From Carpediemonas membranifera BICM (lineage: Eukaryota; Protista; Fornicata): DNA of 64,000 nt. The position numbers and the translations under genes are program-made. Below are positions 10,164-20,581 of the stretch, one piece after another; position 1 is the first letter of the stretch, and the number at the start of each line of letters is the position of its first letter. The stretch lies in assembly GCA_019828565.1 (NCBI GenBank), contig JAHDYR010000017.1:249361-313360 (forward strand), in the 5' to 3' direction. Under the pieces are notes generated by a model that had not been told where the DNA came from, searched no databases, and saw only the letters and a program-made list of their open reading frames with translations.

Positions 10164-11471
10164 TTACTTCCGATCAATCATCGCAATAAACTGCCTGTGG
10201 AGTCTTCCGCTTACACCTTTTGCGCACTTATTGGTGCTCACCTGCCTGTATCCCTTGTGGCATGTGTCACAGCTGACGTTCTCGCGTCCATGAAGGTCTC
10301 TACCACACACTATGCAGCGCCGATAGAAGACTTGACCCTCAAACCCCCGTTGGCAGCAGTCGACCATTCTCTTTCGCTGATCTACAGAGAGTAAGACCTG
10401 TTCAGTATCATCCAAGAGGAGCGGACTGGTCTTGGCGACGCATTCATGCACGCGCATGATGACCTTGAGCTTTTCAAGACATTCGGCAGCAGTGGGACGC
10501 TTCGTTGGGTCGAAGTGGAGCATCTGCATTGCCAGGTCGTACATTCCGAGGCAAGTGGGTGGCGTTGTGCCGCGAATCGGTAGTGCAGAGTTCACGTTCA
10601 CGAAGTTGAGACAATCTCTGAGCGGTTCGAGTGTCTTACGTGACAACTGCAACTGCCCACCATAGAAGTGGCACCAGTTCAGCAAGCTACCAAGCTTCAG
10701 CATCTTCTTCTTCTTCCTGTTGTCGATCTGCGCCATGTTTGCACCCATGTCAGTCACCTTCGCGGCAAAGGGGGACTTGGGGAGACCGTAAAAGAGCATC
10801 AAAATGACTACACCGCACGAGTAAATGTCGGAGGCAGGTGTGACGACATAAGAACAGGCGGGAAGAGCCGATGCAGTCATTCGCGTGAGCTTGGAGGTCT
10901 CGTATGGCGCTCTTTGAACTTCCGGAATGACCGAACGCGCAGCGAGACACTCTTTGAACATCTCTGGGGGTAAATACCCATGCGTGCCGCGATATTCGGA
11001 TGCTGATTTCAGTTGTATGACCCAGTTCTCGTCGCTACAAGCCGGCTTCGTCATAGCAGAACCAAAGTCAATGAGGTATCCCTTCTGGTCTGTGCTAAAA
11101 AGAAAGTTGTCGGGCTTAATATCGCAATGAGCAACTCCGTGGTCATGCATGAAGCATACAGACTGCAGTAGATGCGAAACGTAGCGGAACTGAAGGCTGG
11201 GCTCAGCCTTACAGAGGTCGACGAAGAAGATTTGGTCGACATGAGGAGTCATGAAGGCTGGGACATGGTCTACAAAGCCTGTATCGACGACAGGGAGGAC
11301 ATGCGGACTGTCCTTGAGCGCTAGCAGGGTGGGAACCTCCATATCGTAGTGCTCATCAATCTTGATCACGACCTTCAGCTTGTCAGCTCCAAACTCGTGC
11401 AGATACCGTCTACTATTACCACGTGAGGAAGTCTGTTGCTCCAGCTTCTCACTATCGAGCTCGAACACCAT
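10164..11471 (-). CDS. Ser/Thr protein kinase (CDC7/CK2-like features, non-RD) with C-terminal CxxC..CxxC
   Basis: VVIK, HCDIKPDNFLF, LIDFGSA, GTHGYLPPE, SDIYSCG, DPTKRPTAAECL. Confidence 0.92.
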   Translation of the reverse strand: MVFELDSEKLEQQTSSRGNSRRYLHEFGADKLKVVIKIDEHYDMEVPTLLALKDSPHVLPVVDTGFVDHVPAFMTPHVDQIFFVDLCKAEPSLQFRYVSHLLQSVCFMHDHGVAHCDIKPDNFLFSTDQKGYLIDFGSAMTKPACSDENWVIQLKSASEYRGTHGYLPPEMFKECLAARSVIPEVQRAPYETSKLTRMTASALPACSYVVTPASDIYSCGVVILMLFYGLPKSPFAAKVTDMGANMAQIDNRKKKKMLKLGSLLNWCHFYGGQLQLSRKTLEPLRDCLNFVNVNSALPIRGTTPPTCLGMYDLAMQMLHFDPTKRPTAAECLEKLKVIMRVHECVAKTSPLLLDDTEQVLLSVDQRKRMVDCCQRGFEGQVFYRRCIVCGRDLHGRENVSCDTCHKGYRQVSTNKCAKGVSGRLHRQFIAMIDRK

Positions 11472-11971
11472 GCACAGGTAGCTGTGCGAAATACGGTCTT
11501 AAAGTGCATTTTGCGACAGCTACCTGTGCGTCGCTACGAGGGAAGCAGCAGCGGAAATAAAGACAGGAGTAGCTTATGGATAGCATTTATCGACAACCTC
11601 AGTGATTCTCTTGGCGAACAGTAGTCTCAGTGCAGAGAAGCATTTCGTGAAAATGTGTGAAAAATGCAGAAGCTCACAGATGCATGGAAAGCATGTATAG
11701 TGATGTCCTGTACATCCAGGGGTGTTCAGTGCCATCTCTTTCGTTTTCTTGCGCCTTGTGAAAATGGTGAAAAGATTTCACTGAATCTAATGTTTTCACC
11801 ATTTTTTTTCGTGAAAACGGACTTCCTCATGATTTCCTCAGGCATCGAAACCCCGTTTTTAACAGTATGGTCAGCCATTTATATATGAGATACGTATTTG
11901 ATACGGTCTTGATCCGTCCAGCTCGACACCCTTGTGTCGAGCTCTCTTTGTAAAGCCTTTTTCCTTAGTGA

Positions 11972-12652
11972 TCACACTTTGCAATCTCTGATGTCGATGA
12001 GGACCTTGTAGATGCCATCGTCCTGCTCCATAGCGATCCTGGTGACCAGGCCCTGGTTAGTGGGGTCCCACACCTCCTCTCCTGCGATGGCCTCGACGGC
12101 TTTCTCATCTCCATACCCTGATGTGAGCGTGAATGTGCCCGTCTCTCTGCCCTCAATGCTGTCTCTCTCACTGTCCCACTCGATGTTGCTCTGTTCTCTC
12201 GGTTGGAGGATGGCCTCTTCGATCTTGTGGTCGGAAGGCCACTTGCTCATGTCCCTGTGCCCTGGTTGGATGGTGACGTTCTCCTTGGCCTCTGCTAGGC
12301 GCCGTTCTTCGTCCTCTCTCGGGTCTAAGGCCTCTGTCATTGCGTAGAAGATGTCTCGAAGCCCTAGGATTTCGTTGGGGTTACGGAGGATCTCGTCTCT
12401 GTTGTTGGTGATCCCTGCGGCACGTAGCACTCTCCTCGCATTCAGTATCACCTCTTTTCGTGCTCTGGAGCTAGCTCCGAACGATCTCCCTGAAAAATCT
12501 TCTGCGCGACGCAGTAGTAGCGTTCTGGTGCCCTTCTCTTCCATCAAGTAGTCCGTTAGTAGCTCTCTAATCGTGTCCCACTCTTTTTGAGCGGATTCCC
12601 TGATCTTATCTGGTATCTCCACTCTCATCTGGTTGTTCTCTTTTCCCTGCAT
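11972..12652 (-). CDS. Stand-alone ORF homologous to an N-terminal ORF1 segment of LINE-C
   Basis: GTFTLTSGYGDEKAVEAIAGEEVWDPTNQGLVTRIAMEQDDGIYKVLI versus GSFILVSGAHGDEAVEGVPYDKVWDPANQGPVTRVAYEQEDGKYRVIL at ~51990-52140 (-). Confidence 0.75.
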   Translation of the reverse strand: MQGKENNQMRVEIPDKIRESAQKEWDTIRELLTDYLMEEKGTRTLLLRRAEDFSGRSFGASSRARKEVILNARRVLRAAGITNNRDEILRNPNEILGLRDIFYAMTEALDPREDEERRLAEAKENVTIQPGHRDMSKWPSDHKIEEAILQPREQSNIEWDSERDSIEGRETGTFTLTSGYGDEKAVEAIAGEEVWDPTNQGLVTRIAMEQDDGIYKVLIDIRDCKV

Positions 12653-13657
12653 GAAAAAAGCTTGGCAAATGCATCGACGCGAAAATCGGTCAGCATGGCC
12701 CTGCGCAGGTACTGTCCCCGCACGGACCTCCCTGTTTTCTCATTTTTCCCTGATCGTTTGTTTTGGGGCTCGCGGCGAAATGGCGCGGTTCTAAAAATGC
12801 ATCGCCATTTTCATGCCACACCGTCCCTGGCGTCAGCCCAAGCCCCGACCTCTATCGCCCGCGGCCTCCGAGTGCCTCCGACCACTCATGCAGGAGCTCG
12901 TCAAGTCCCAAGTCGTGCGCATCTGCAGTCGCAGGCCTCATCTAGTCTCCCCCATATTCACTACTCCAAAGTCCGACGGCTCCCCGCGACTGATACACGA
13001 TCTCAGAACGTTGAACGACGTCACGAAGGAGCGGCGGGTGTTCCGCCTTTTCGGCCTCAAGCCTCTTGGAGATCGCAGCCCCGGACGACAGCGCAGTGAA
13101 GCTAGACCTACGCTCAGGCTACTACCAACTCGGCGTGAAGCCATCGGACAGAACGCTTCTCGGCTTTGCCTACGCCGGCCAGTTCTACCAGTTCCAGGTG
13201 CTTCCCTTCGGCTGGACAGCAGCGCCTTATGTGTTTCAGCGCGTCATGATATCCGCCGCGTCCATCATATCCCACCGCTTCGGGGTGAATGTAGCTGTAT
13301 ATCTGGACGACTGGGCCGTCCTAGCACCGCAGAGCCACCTCAAGCGTGTAGTCCCCGGTATCGTCAAGTGCATGCAGCAGCTAGGCCTCATCCTCAACCT
13401 GGCCAAGTCAATGCTGACTCCTGGCAGGGTGATAGAGTACCTAGGCTTCAGGGTCGACCTGTCCGCGAGACGCATCACTATCACGCAGGCGAAAGCCACC
13501 AAGTACGCGGCGAAACTGGACGAAGCTCGACTCGTGCCACCATCAAGGCGGGAGTGGCAGTCCCTCCAAGGCAAGCTCTCGTTCGCGTCTATCGCATGGC
13601 AGGACGGCAGGGCATGGCTTCGACCCCTTCAGGTCTCCGCAGCCCCCAACACTCCCC

Positions 13658-16478
13658 GCCCAACGGCGGCCCAAGGACGGACCCACCCACCAGGGACAAC
13701 CTGGGCGTTGCCCCGCACAACGGCGGCGACCCGACCACTGGCCAACCCAACATGGGCGATCCAGTCGCCCCCTCGTTCATTGGGGGCGAAGCAGGTTGGA
13801 ACCCAACTAGCGGGGGGAACCCCGCCACCATGCCCAGCGGCGAAAGTGCGGGCTCGGAGACCGGGGGTACCCAAGATGGCCCCCGGCCCAACGCCGACGA
13901 CTCGGCCAGAAGAGTCCCTGGCAGTGATAGTGACGTCAACCCGCCAAGGGGTAGAGAACTGTCAGCCAACAGCAGACTCCCCCCGTCCTGCCCGCTCACC
14001 AACCCGCAGGGCAAGAGGATGCTGATCGGATGCATTGACTTCGAAGCGTCCAAACCCGCATCCAAGGCGGGGGATGAGGCCGTCATATGCGAAGGGGCGG
14101 TCATAGTCTTTGACCCCGCCAACGGGAATATCGTCGCCAGTCTGCACGGGATGTTAGGCGAAGATATTCGGGTGGCCGACCTCGACCAGGCTCTGATGAG
14201 CTCAAGAATTCTCCACGGTTGCCCCCCAGCCACCTTCGTCGACATCACCACTGGGCAGGCCCCCAGGGATTCGAAAGCACATTCCCAAACAGCACCACAT
14301 GGTGCGCGGAAATGATCGATGCCCTCCGGCGTCTCGAAGGACACCATAACGCGTTCATCCACCTGACTGCCAAAGGGGTGGAAGCTGAACGAAGTGTCCT
14401 CACGAGCGCCAAATACGTACCGGATTCCACGGCCAGGGCATGGGTAGCCACCCACCTAATCGATGAAGCCGGCCTAGATGCGGTGTACCCCCGTCTCAAT
14501 AGCACCCTCACCCTCTTCTACCCCCCCTCCCAGGAGGACCGCCCGGTCCGAGAGACCCTCCCACAGGAGGACCAGAAGGCAGCCGAGCAGGCCAAGGTCT
14601 GGACCCGCGACCAGCAAAGGAGAAGGGAACCCAAGGGGCTGTGCCCCTATCACAGAAACGCACCAGCCTACTGTCACTGTGCGCTTGCGGATGTATCGCT
14701 CTTCTACACAAGACTCTCCCTGGCCATCCACATGCTGTATAACCCGTGGACCTGGGCTGATGTGGGAGCGGAACTAATCGCACGAGGAGGGGAAAGTGAC
14801 GGGGGCACAAAGCCCCATCATTAGAGTAGGACACGGGGTCCCAGACCTGGCTGTAGAGATCAACCGCCATAGAGGGCGAGAGGTCATCACACCCCTGGGG
14901 GCAACTACAGCACGTGATCTTTACCACCAAGCCGCGTCCGAAGGAAATCCACATGGCCAACACGACCGCGCAAGAGTTCAGCACAGGAAAAGGAATCCTA
15001 AGGGTCCTTGAAAGGAGGGGCGTAGCCGTTCTCAGCCCGAACTCCTGCCCAAGCACGAGACCCCTGGTCGTGGAGCTCCTATCCGAGTGGAACGGTAGGC
15101 GCCGCGTAGCAAGGGAGAAGGGCTACTGGCCAGACTTCTATGGCAACCGTACCACCCTGGACCCCAGGGTCATGGAGCAACTCCCGGTCAAACTCCACCC
15201 CGAGCTCCTGACCCTATCCCAGGCAGCCTCGCTGGTCCCGCTCCATAAGCATGACATGATGCATGGGGGCTCAGCCCAGCAGCTGAGACACCGGCTCACC
15301 CACTGCCTGGTGAACATCGGCGATAGAGCACCAGCGGGCGTCCCGAAACTCATCGTAAGCGCGGAACTCCGGCGCCAAGATAGAGGGCCCAGGCATTATG
15401 TCAACTTCTTCCCCTCGGTTCTTCCCCTAGACTGGGGCATCCGCACAGTAGAACAAGGAGGGGAGCCTGGAAGACGCCGCCCGAGCGCCTTGGGCGAACC
15501 CCAATACGACGGCACCCTGGCCCTGGGATGCAGTCCCATGATGAGACTACCCCCCATCCGCCTGTGGGACTTCCCGTACACCCAGAACAACGACGGGCAC
15601 AGGTCGCAGCGAGAGCAAAAAGAGGCTGTGACCGCGGCAAGGGCCGCGCTTAGAGCCTGCCTCGAAGAGCACCGGGAGAGGCTCACCAACGAGATTCACC
15701 AAGGCATGGAGTGGCCGGCCCTAGGGCTGCTTGAGGGCCCGCTCACCGAGAACCGACAGGTCCCCACCCCGAACCCATCTCAAAGGAAGGTGAACGCCAC
15801 CCCCTCCCCCAGCAGGCTCCAAGGGGAAACAAACCCCACCCCCAACCCGCGCCAGGTAACCCCCGCCCACCCCACCCCAAGGGCAATCATCACCCCTAAT
15901 GCGCACCAGGTAAGCCCTGCTTACCCCACTCCCAGAGGGATGAACCCCCCCACCCGGCCCCGGGACAGGCGATCCTCACGCCTCACAAAGAGGCCAACCC
16001 CCCGGCGATGCCTCTGAGCCAGGCTTTCGAGCACCGGCCCCCGCCGGGCGGCCCCGAAGGGAAGAGGCCCCCAAACCCAAGACTGGGCACGGTCGATCAG
16101 ATGGGTGCCTACATCCAAGCCCTCTTCCAAGCGGAGGTGGAGCGAAGAGCTGAAGAAGAGCGGCAGCGGATCATGAGCCATTACGAAGAGGAAGTCTCCC
16201 GGCTGAACAACGAGGTTGCCCACCTCCAAGGCCAGCTGGCCAAGGAAAGGGAAGCCCTAGCAAGAGGAGCGAGCGAGCGCCAGCGCCTCCAGCGCATCGC
16301 CGAGAAATCGGAGGCCTTCAAAAGAGCCAGCCTCAGGCTCCGTGAAACAAACAGAGTCCTCGAGGCCAGGCTTGAGGAGGCGCTTGCCGCCGCCAACGGA
16401 AGCGACGAGGAAGAAGAGCTCCTACGCATCGGAATGGAGCACGAGAGCGACGAACCAGATCAAGAGATGCATGAGTAA
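13658..16478 (+). CDS. LINE-A ORF1 region (frameshifted): MAEL/arenavirus-type DEDDh nuclease, a second shared domain, C-terminal coiled coil
   Basis: IDFE..ICEG..LHG..AKGVEAE..LID..CPYH..HCALAD at ~14019-14745; FSTGKGI..SEWNGRRR..TLSQAASL shared with LINE-B; coiled coil at 16100-16400. Confidence 0.75.
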
Positions 16479-17206
16479 CGAGCCATACCAAAGCAGTGGA
16501 GGGAAGAGTGCAGAGTCTAAAGGGATGTGTATATATAGCACGTTAGTGTAGGACTAGGTGAAGTGAAGGCGCCGGAATAGGTGCAGCGTTGGAGCCCGCC
16601 AGAAGGGCTGTACTGGCGCCAATGCCCGGGTGACTTTTTCTTTTCTTAAAACCCCTGTTCCCCGCAGGGACCGGGGGGCGGGTAAGAGGCAGTTGGAACG
16701 CCATCGAGGACCCGCCTGTCCGGCAGGCTGGAACTCCAGCCTTGGGAGGGGCGCCGAAAGGAGTCGCTCCCACCTATGCGTAGTTAGGTAACGATGCTGC
16801 CAATGTGCGAGGCCAGAAGCGCTATAGAGACTGGCACGAAAGTCCCGACAAGCACCGCGAGGGCGCGGCCAGTGAAAGGGGTGGTACACCCTAGGTCAGC
16901 TCCAAGAGGGAACCTGGGCCACGTCTGGGGACTCTGGAGGAAGCAGCCGTTCTGGCCAAGCACCCCATGTGAATGGCGCATGCTTCTGGGTCCTGGAGAA
17001 ATATCAAGGGCAAAGAAGACGCCTACCCGGGCCGCCCACCAACAACCCACAGGGCGGGAAGCGGCCCACCCAACGTGCTAAACAACGACGACATAGGCGC
17101 TCACCCATTGGGAAGGCAACTATGCAGATGCTAAACCCCAACAACAAGATGAAAGTGTGCAGGTAGTGCAGAATAAGGAGTGCAGGTTAAGGCAGTAACA
17201 ACCTGA

Positions 17207-20200
17207 ATGCGAATAGTCTCCCTTAACAGCCAAGGACACTTAACGGGCAATGAAGACTACAGCGGATCTATAGCGGTAGCGCTTCGCAAGCACACGAGCC
17301 CGGACGCCCTCCTCTTGCAGGAAACATTCAGGTACGGTAACTCCGTAGTCCCCTGTTGGGCGGACCTACAATACGCATGTGCAGGGCACGCCAAACCCAT
17401 CAAGGCTCGAAAGGGCAAGATTAACCTAGGCGTAGCCACGGTGATCAGCCCACATTCACAGGCAACCTGGGATGTAGGAGTATCTGACGGCACGAACCCC
17501 CCGAGTTCAAGTTAGCATCCTCGAAACCTCAAGGGCTATCGCAGTCATCAACATATACGCCCCTCCAAGTGACCGCAGCGCAGCGGGAGCTAGACCGCTT
17601 CGACCAACAGCTGGAAAACATCGTCAGAGAGTACCACGGCTTCGAGATAATCATCATGGGGGACTGGAACCGTGACCCGCGGAGCCTGCGCCATGCCACC
17701 AGCGCCACACTACAGCGAAACAATCTAGACCTAGTTTTCCCTCGTCTCACACATACATGAGTGGGAATACCACCTCGACGCTGGATTATGCAGCTGTATC
17801 TGGGGGGATCACGAGGGCCAAAGCTAGAGTCATTGACAAAGCTGAGATGGGGCATTGGGGCTCCCCCCATAGGGCAGTGGAGCTAACCTGGGACGAACCG
17901 CATTGGAAGAAACAACCGGCCAAACCCAAGCTGGAAATCCCAGGAACAACCACCTGGAATGTCCTCCCAGAGCGCAACGGGGAAAGGGCAAGGGAATGGC
18001 CGCAACCCGATGTGGAGCTCCATGTAGATACAATCGAGTACCAAATACGGGAACTCTTATCGGTGGGATTTCAAACTTCCGCTAGGAACGTCAGACCAGG
18101 GAGATCGCAAAAAAGGATCCCGGAGAACGTATGGAAGCAACTCATCCTAGCCCGATGGAACAAAGCGGGGGCCGCGGAAATCAAGCGAACCCTGAACAAC
18201 GAGCTCCAGAAGTCATGGAAAAGCTTCAAGGAGGAGTGGACGCAGCAGGTGGAAAACAGCGCAAGGGCAGGGTATAAGACCACCAAGAAGGTCATAGCAA
18301 ACCAGGTCCACAGGTTCTGGAACGAGAAACAACACGCAGGGCTACCGGCGATGCTCAGAGGAAAGAGGTCGATCTTAACAAGGGAAAACGAGATAGCTAG
18401 GGAGCTGCAGAGGCAATACGCCCAAGTCAGTAGTGGCATAGCACCTAGTTGGGACCAGATCCCGGCGGCCCAAACAACTGATCAACCCCCCACGGAGGAG
18501 GAGGTCACGGCCGCCATCAAGTCCCTGAAGAAATCATCGGCAGGAGGCCCGGATGGTATCACGGGCGAATGTCTGAGAGACCTCCCCCAGGCGGCCTACA
18601 GGGCAATCACATGCCTCTTCCAGAAAGTATACGAGTCTGGGGAACTACCCACCACGTGGAAGTACGCCTCCATCTCCCCCGATACACAAAGTAGGGAAAG
18701 ATAAGCTACTGCCAGGATCCTACCGACCCATCTCACTCACCCCCCTCCTCTACCGAGCATATGGGAAGGTACTCAAATGGAGGCTCAAACCAACAGTTGA
18801 GAGGCACACCCCCAGAGAGCAGATCGGCTTCATGAAGGGAAAGACAGTCATAGACCACATCGCCCTCCTAACCCAACTGCACCAAGAAGGAGACCGGACC
18901 AGCGTGCTGCTCGACATTGCAAAGGCGTACGACACGGTTCCCAGGGACATCCTAGTCAGCAAGCTGATCAATATGGGTGTACACCCCCACCTATTCAGAG
19001 CAGTACAAAGCACAATGGAGAGGACCTACATTGCGGTAAGGGGATCCGACCTATGGTCCGAAACGAACCTAGGAGTCAAGCAAGGTTGCGTGGTCGCCCC
19101 CACCCTATTCATACTATTTACGGCCAACTGGATTAGCCAGGCGTCACTCAGAATACAGTACGGCGAGATACCAGACCCGAAGCTTCCCCCACCCACCACA
19201 GACCCGGGAATGGCATCATAGCAATGTTCGTAGACGATACGAGCATCTCGGCAAAGAAAGAAAATGATGCGGAGTCCCTCACCGCCGCAATGGTGGAAGT
19301 GATAGTGGCACACAAGCTATGTATCAGCCCAGGAAAGAACATCGTCATAAGTACCAATCCAAATGCGGAAGTGCGAATTCAAGGGGAGGCCACCCGAGCA
19401 GCGGAGTCAGGCCGATACTTGGGACTCTGGATAGCAAGTGGCCCTCATCCGCTCAGCGCATGCATCGCAAAAGAAAAAGAGAACAGTCGAACAAGTACAT
19501 CGCCCTCGCCCGGAGAGTGGGATGGACTAAAGGCTCCACGCCCGCGGCTGTCTCCGAGTCCATCCTCCGCACCTTCCTATGGCCAAAGATCGAATTCGGA
19601 ATCGAAATCTGGGGCCAAGTCCCAGGAGGCAGAAGGCTTTGGAACGACTGGCGAGGACTCATGGCGGGAACCGGACCCGGTGGAGGTGGTGTCGCCCGCC
19701 TGATGATGGGATGGATGTGCTGGGAGGCGGACATGGGTGTAAGAGCGGTTAGAATCCGCGAATCGGCCCGGGACCCTGACCGCCCATCGCCCCTAGCGGA
19801 CTTCGACTGGGGAAGAGCGAACCCCAAGTCCGTTATCGGAAAGCTGAACAAGTGGGCAGACAACGTACTAGATCTGGCCCCTAGCGACCTTCACGGACCC
19901 AGACCCAGAGCAATAGCCGGGGGATGGAAGATGACAGCACGAGACATCGCCACCAAAGGTAGCCGAACAGCCAAGGCGGCCGCCGAAGTGCTAGCTGCGG
20001 AGGCAATGCAAACAATGGCAGGCGGGAGAGCACCCAAGAAACCAAAGATTATCAGAGGGGAGATGATGCTCAGGAGGGAGCTGAAGAGGGTAGTTGCAAC
20101 AGCCTCCAACACGCTCCCCTCCGCTAGCAACAGCCACACAACTCGAGGAGCCGCGCTCATCATAAGCAGGAGGTACCCTGGGCAGGAAATGCTCTGCGAC

Positions 20201-20581
20201 CGTATCCAAAGAATATGCCCGATATGCACACTCGCAGCCGAACGCGAATTGATCAACTACCTCCAACTATACCCCCCCCAGGCGCAGGCGCTAGTGGCAG
20301 TAGCCGGGTGGCTGGAAGACCAACCGCTAGGAACACAAAGCCACATCATAGCGGAGTGCCAGGGCGTCGGCCGCCCAAGTGGGTGGGAGCAGTGCTGGGA
20401 AGCTGCGGCAACACACACCATGGCAAGTAGGCTGCGGCACGGCCCAGATGGGGAGTGGTATAACTCCAGGGCCATATTGGAGCTCCACTGGCTACTGCAA
20501 CAGGAGGATGAAACAGTGAAGGAGGGTCTATTATGCGGGAAAAAGGCCCTCATGAACCTCAGAACAGGCCCAGACCCCTAG
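17207..20581 (+). CDS. LINE-A ORF2: AP endonuclease, reverse transcriptase, C-terminal CCHC (several frameshifts)
   Basis: MRIVSLN, LLQET, GDWN, LDY; GPDG, YRPISL, LLDIAKAYDTV, GVKQG, MFVDD, YLG; CPIC..HIIAEC. Confidence 0.92.

Noticed and set aside
1-11900. Cargo block as an endogenous giant virus or Polinton
   Set aside because: No capsid, packaging ATPase, polymerase or primase recognised; the linked transposase and PHD gene match the TIR element instead. Not fully excluded.
11920-11970. Hairpin as a Helitron 3' end
   Set aside because: No properly spaced CTRR terminus and no Rep/helicase in the window.
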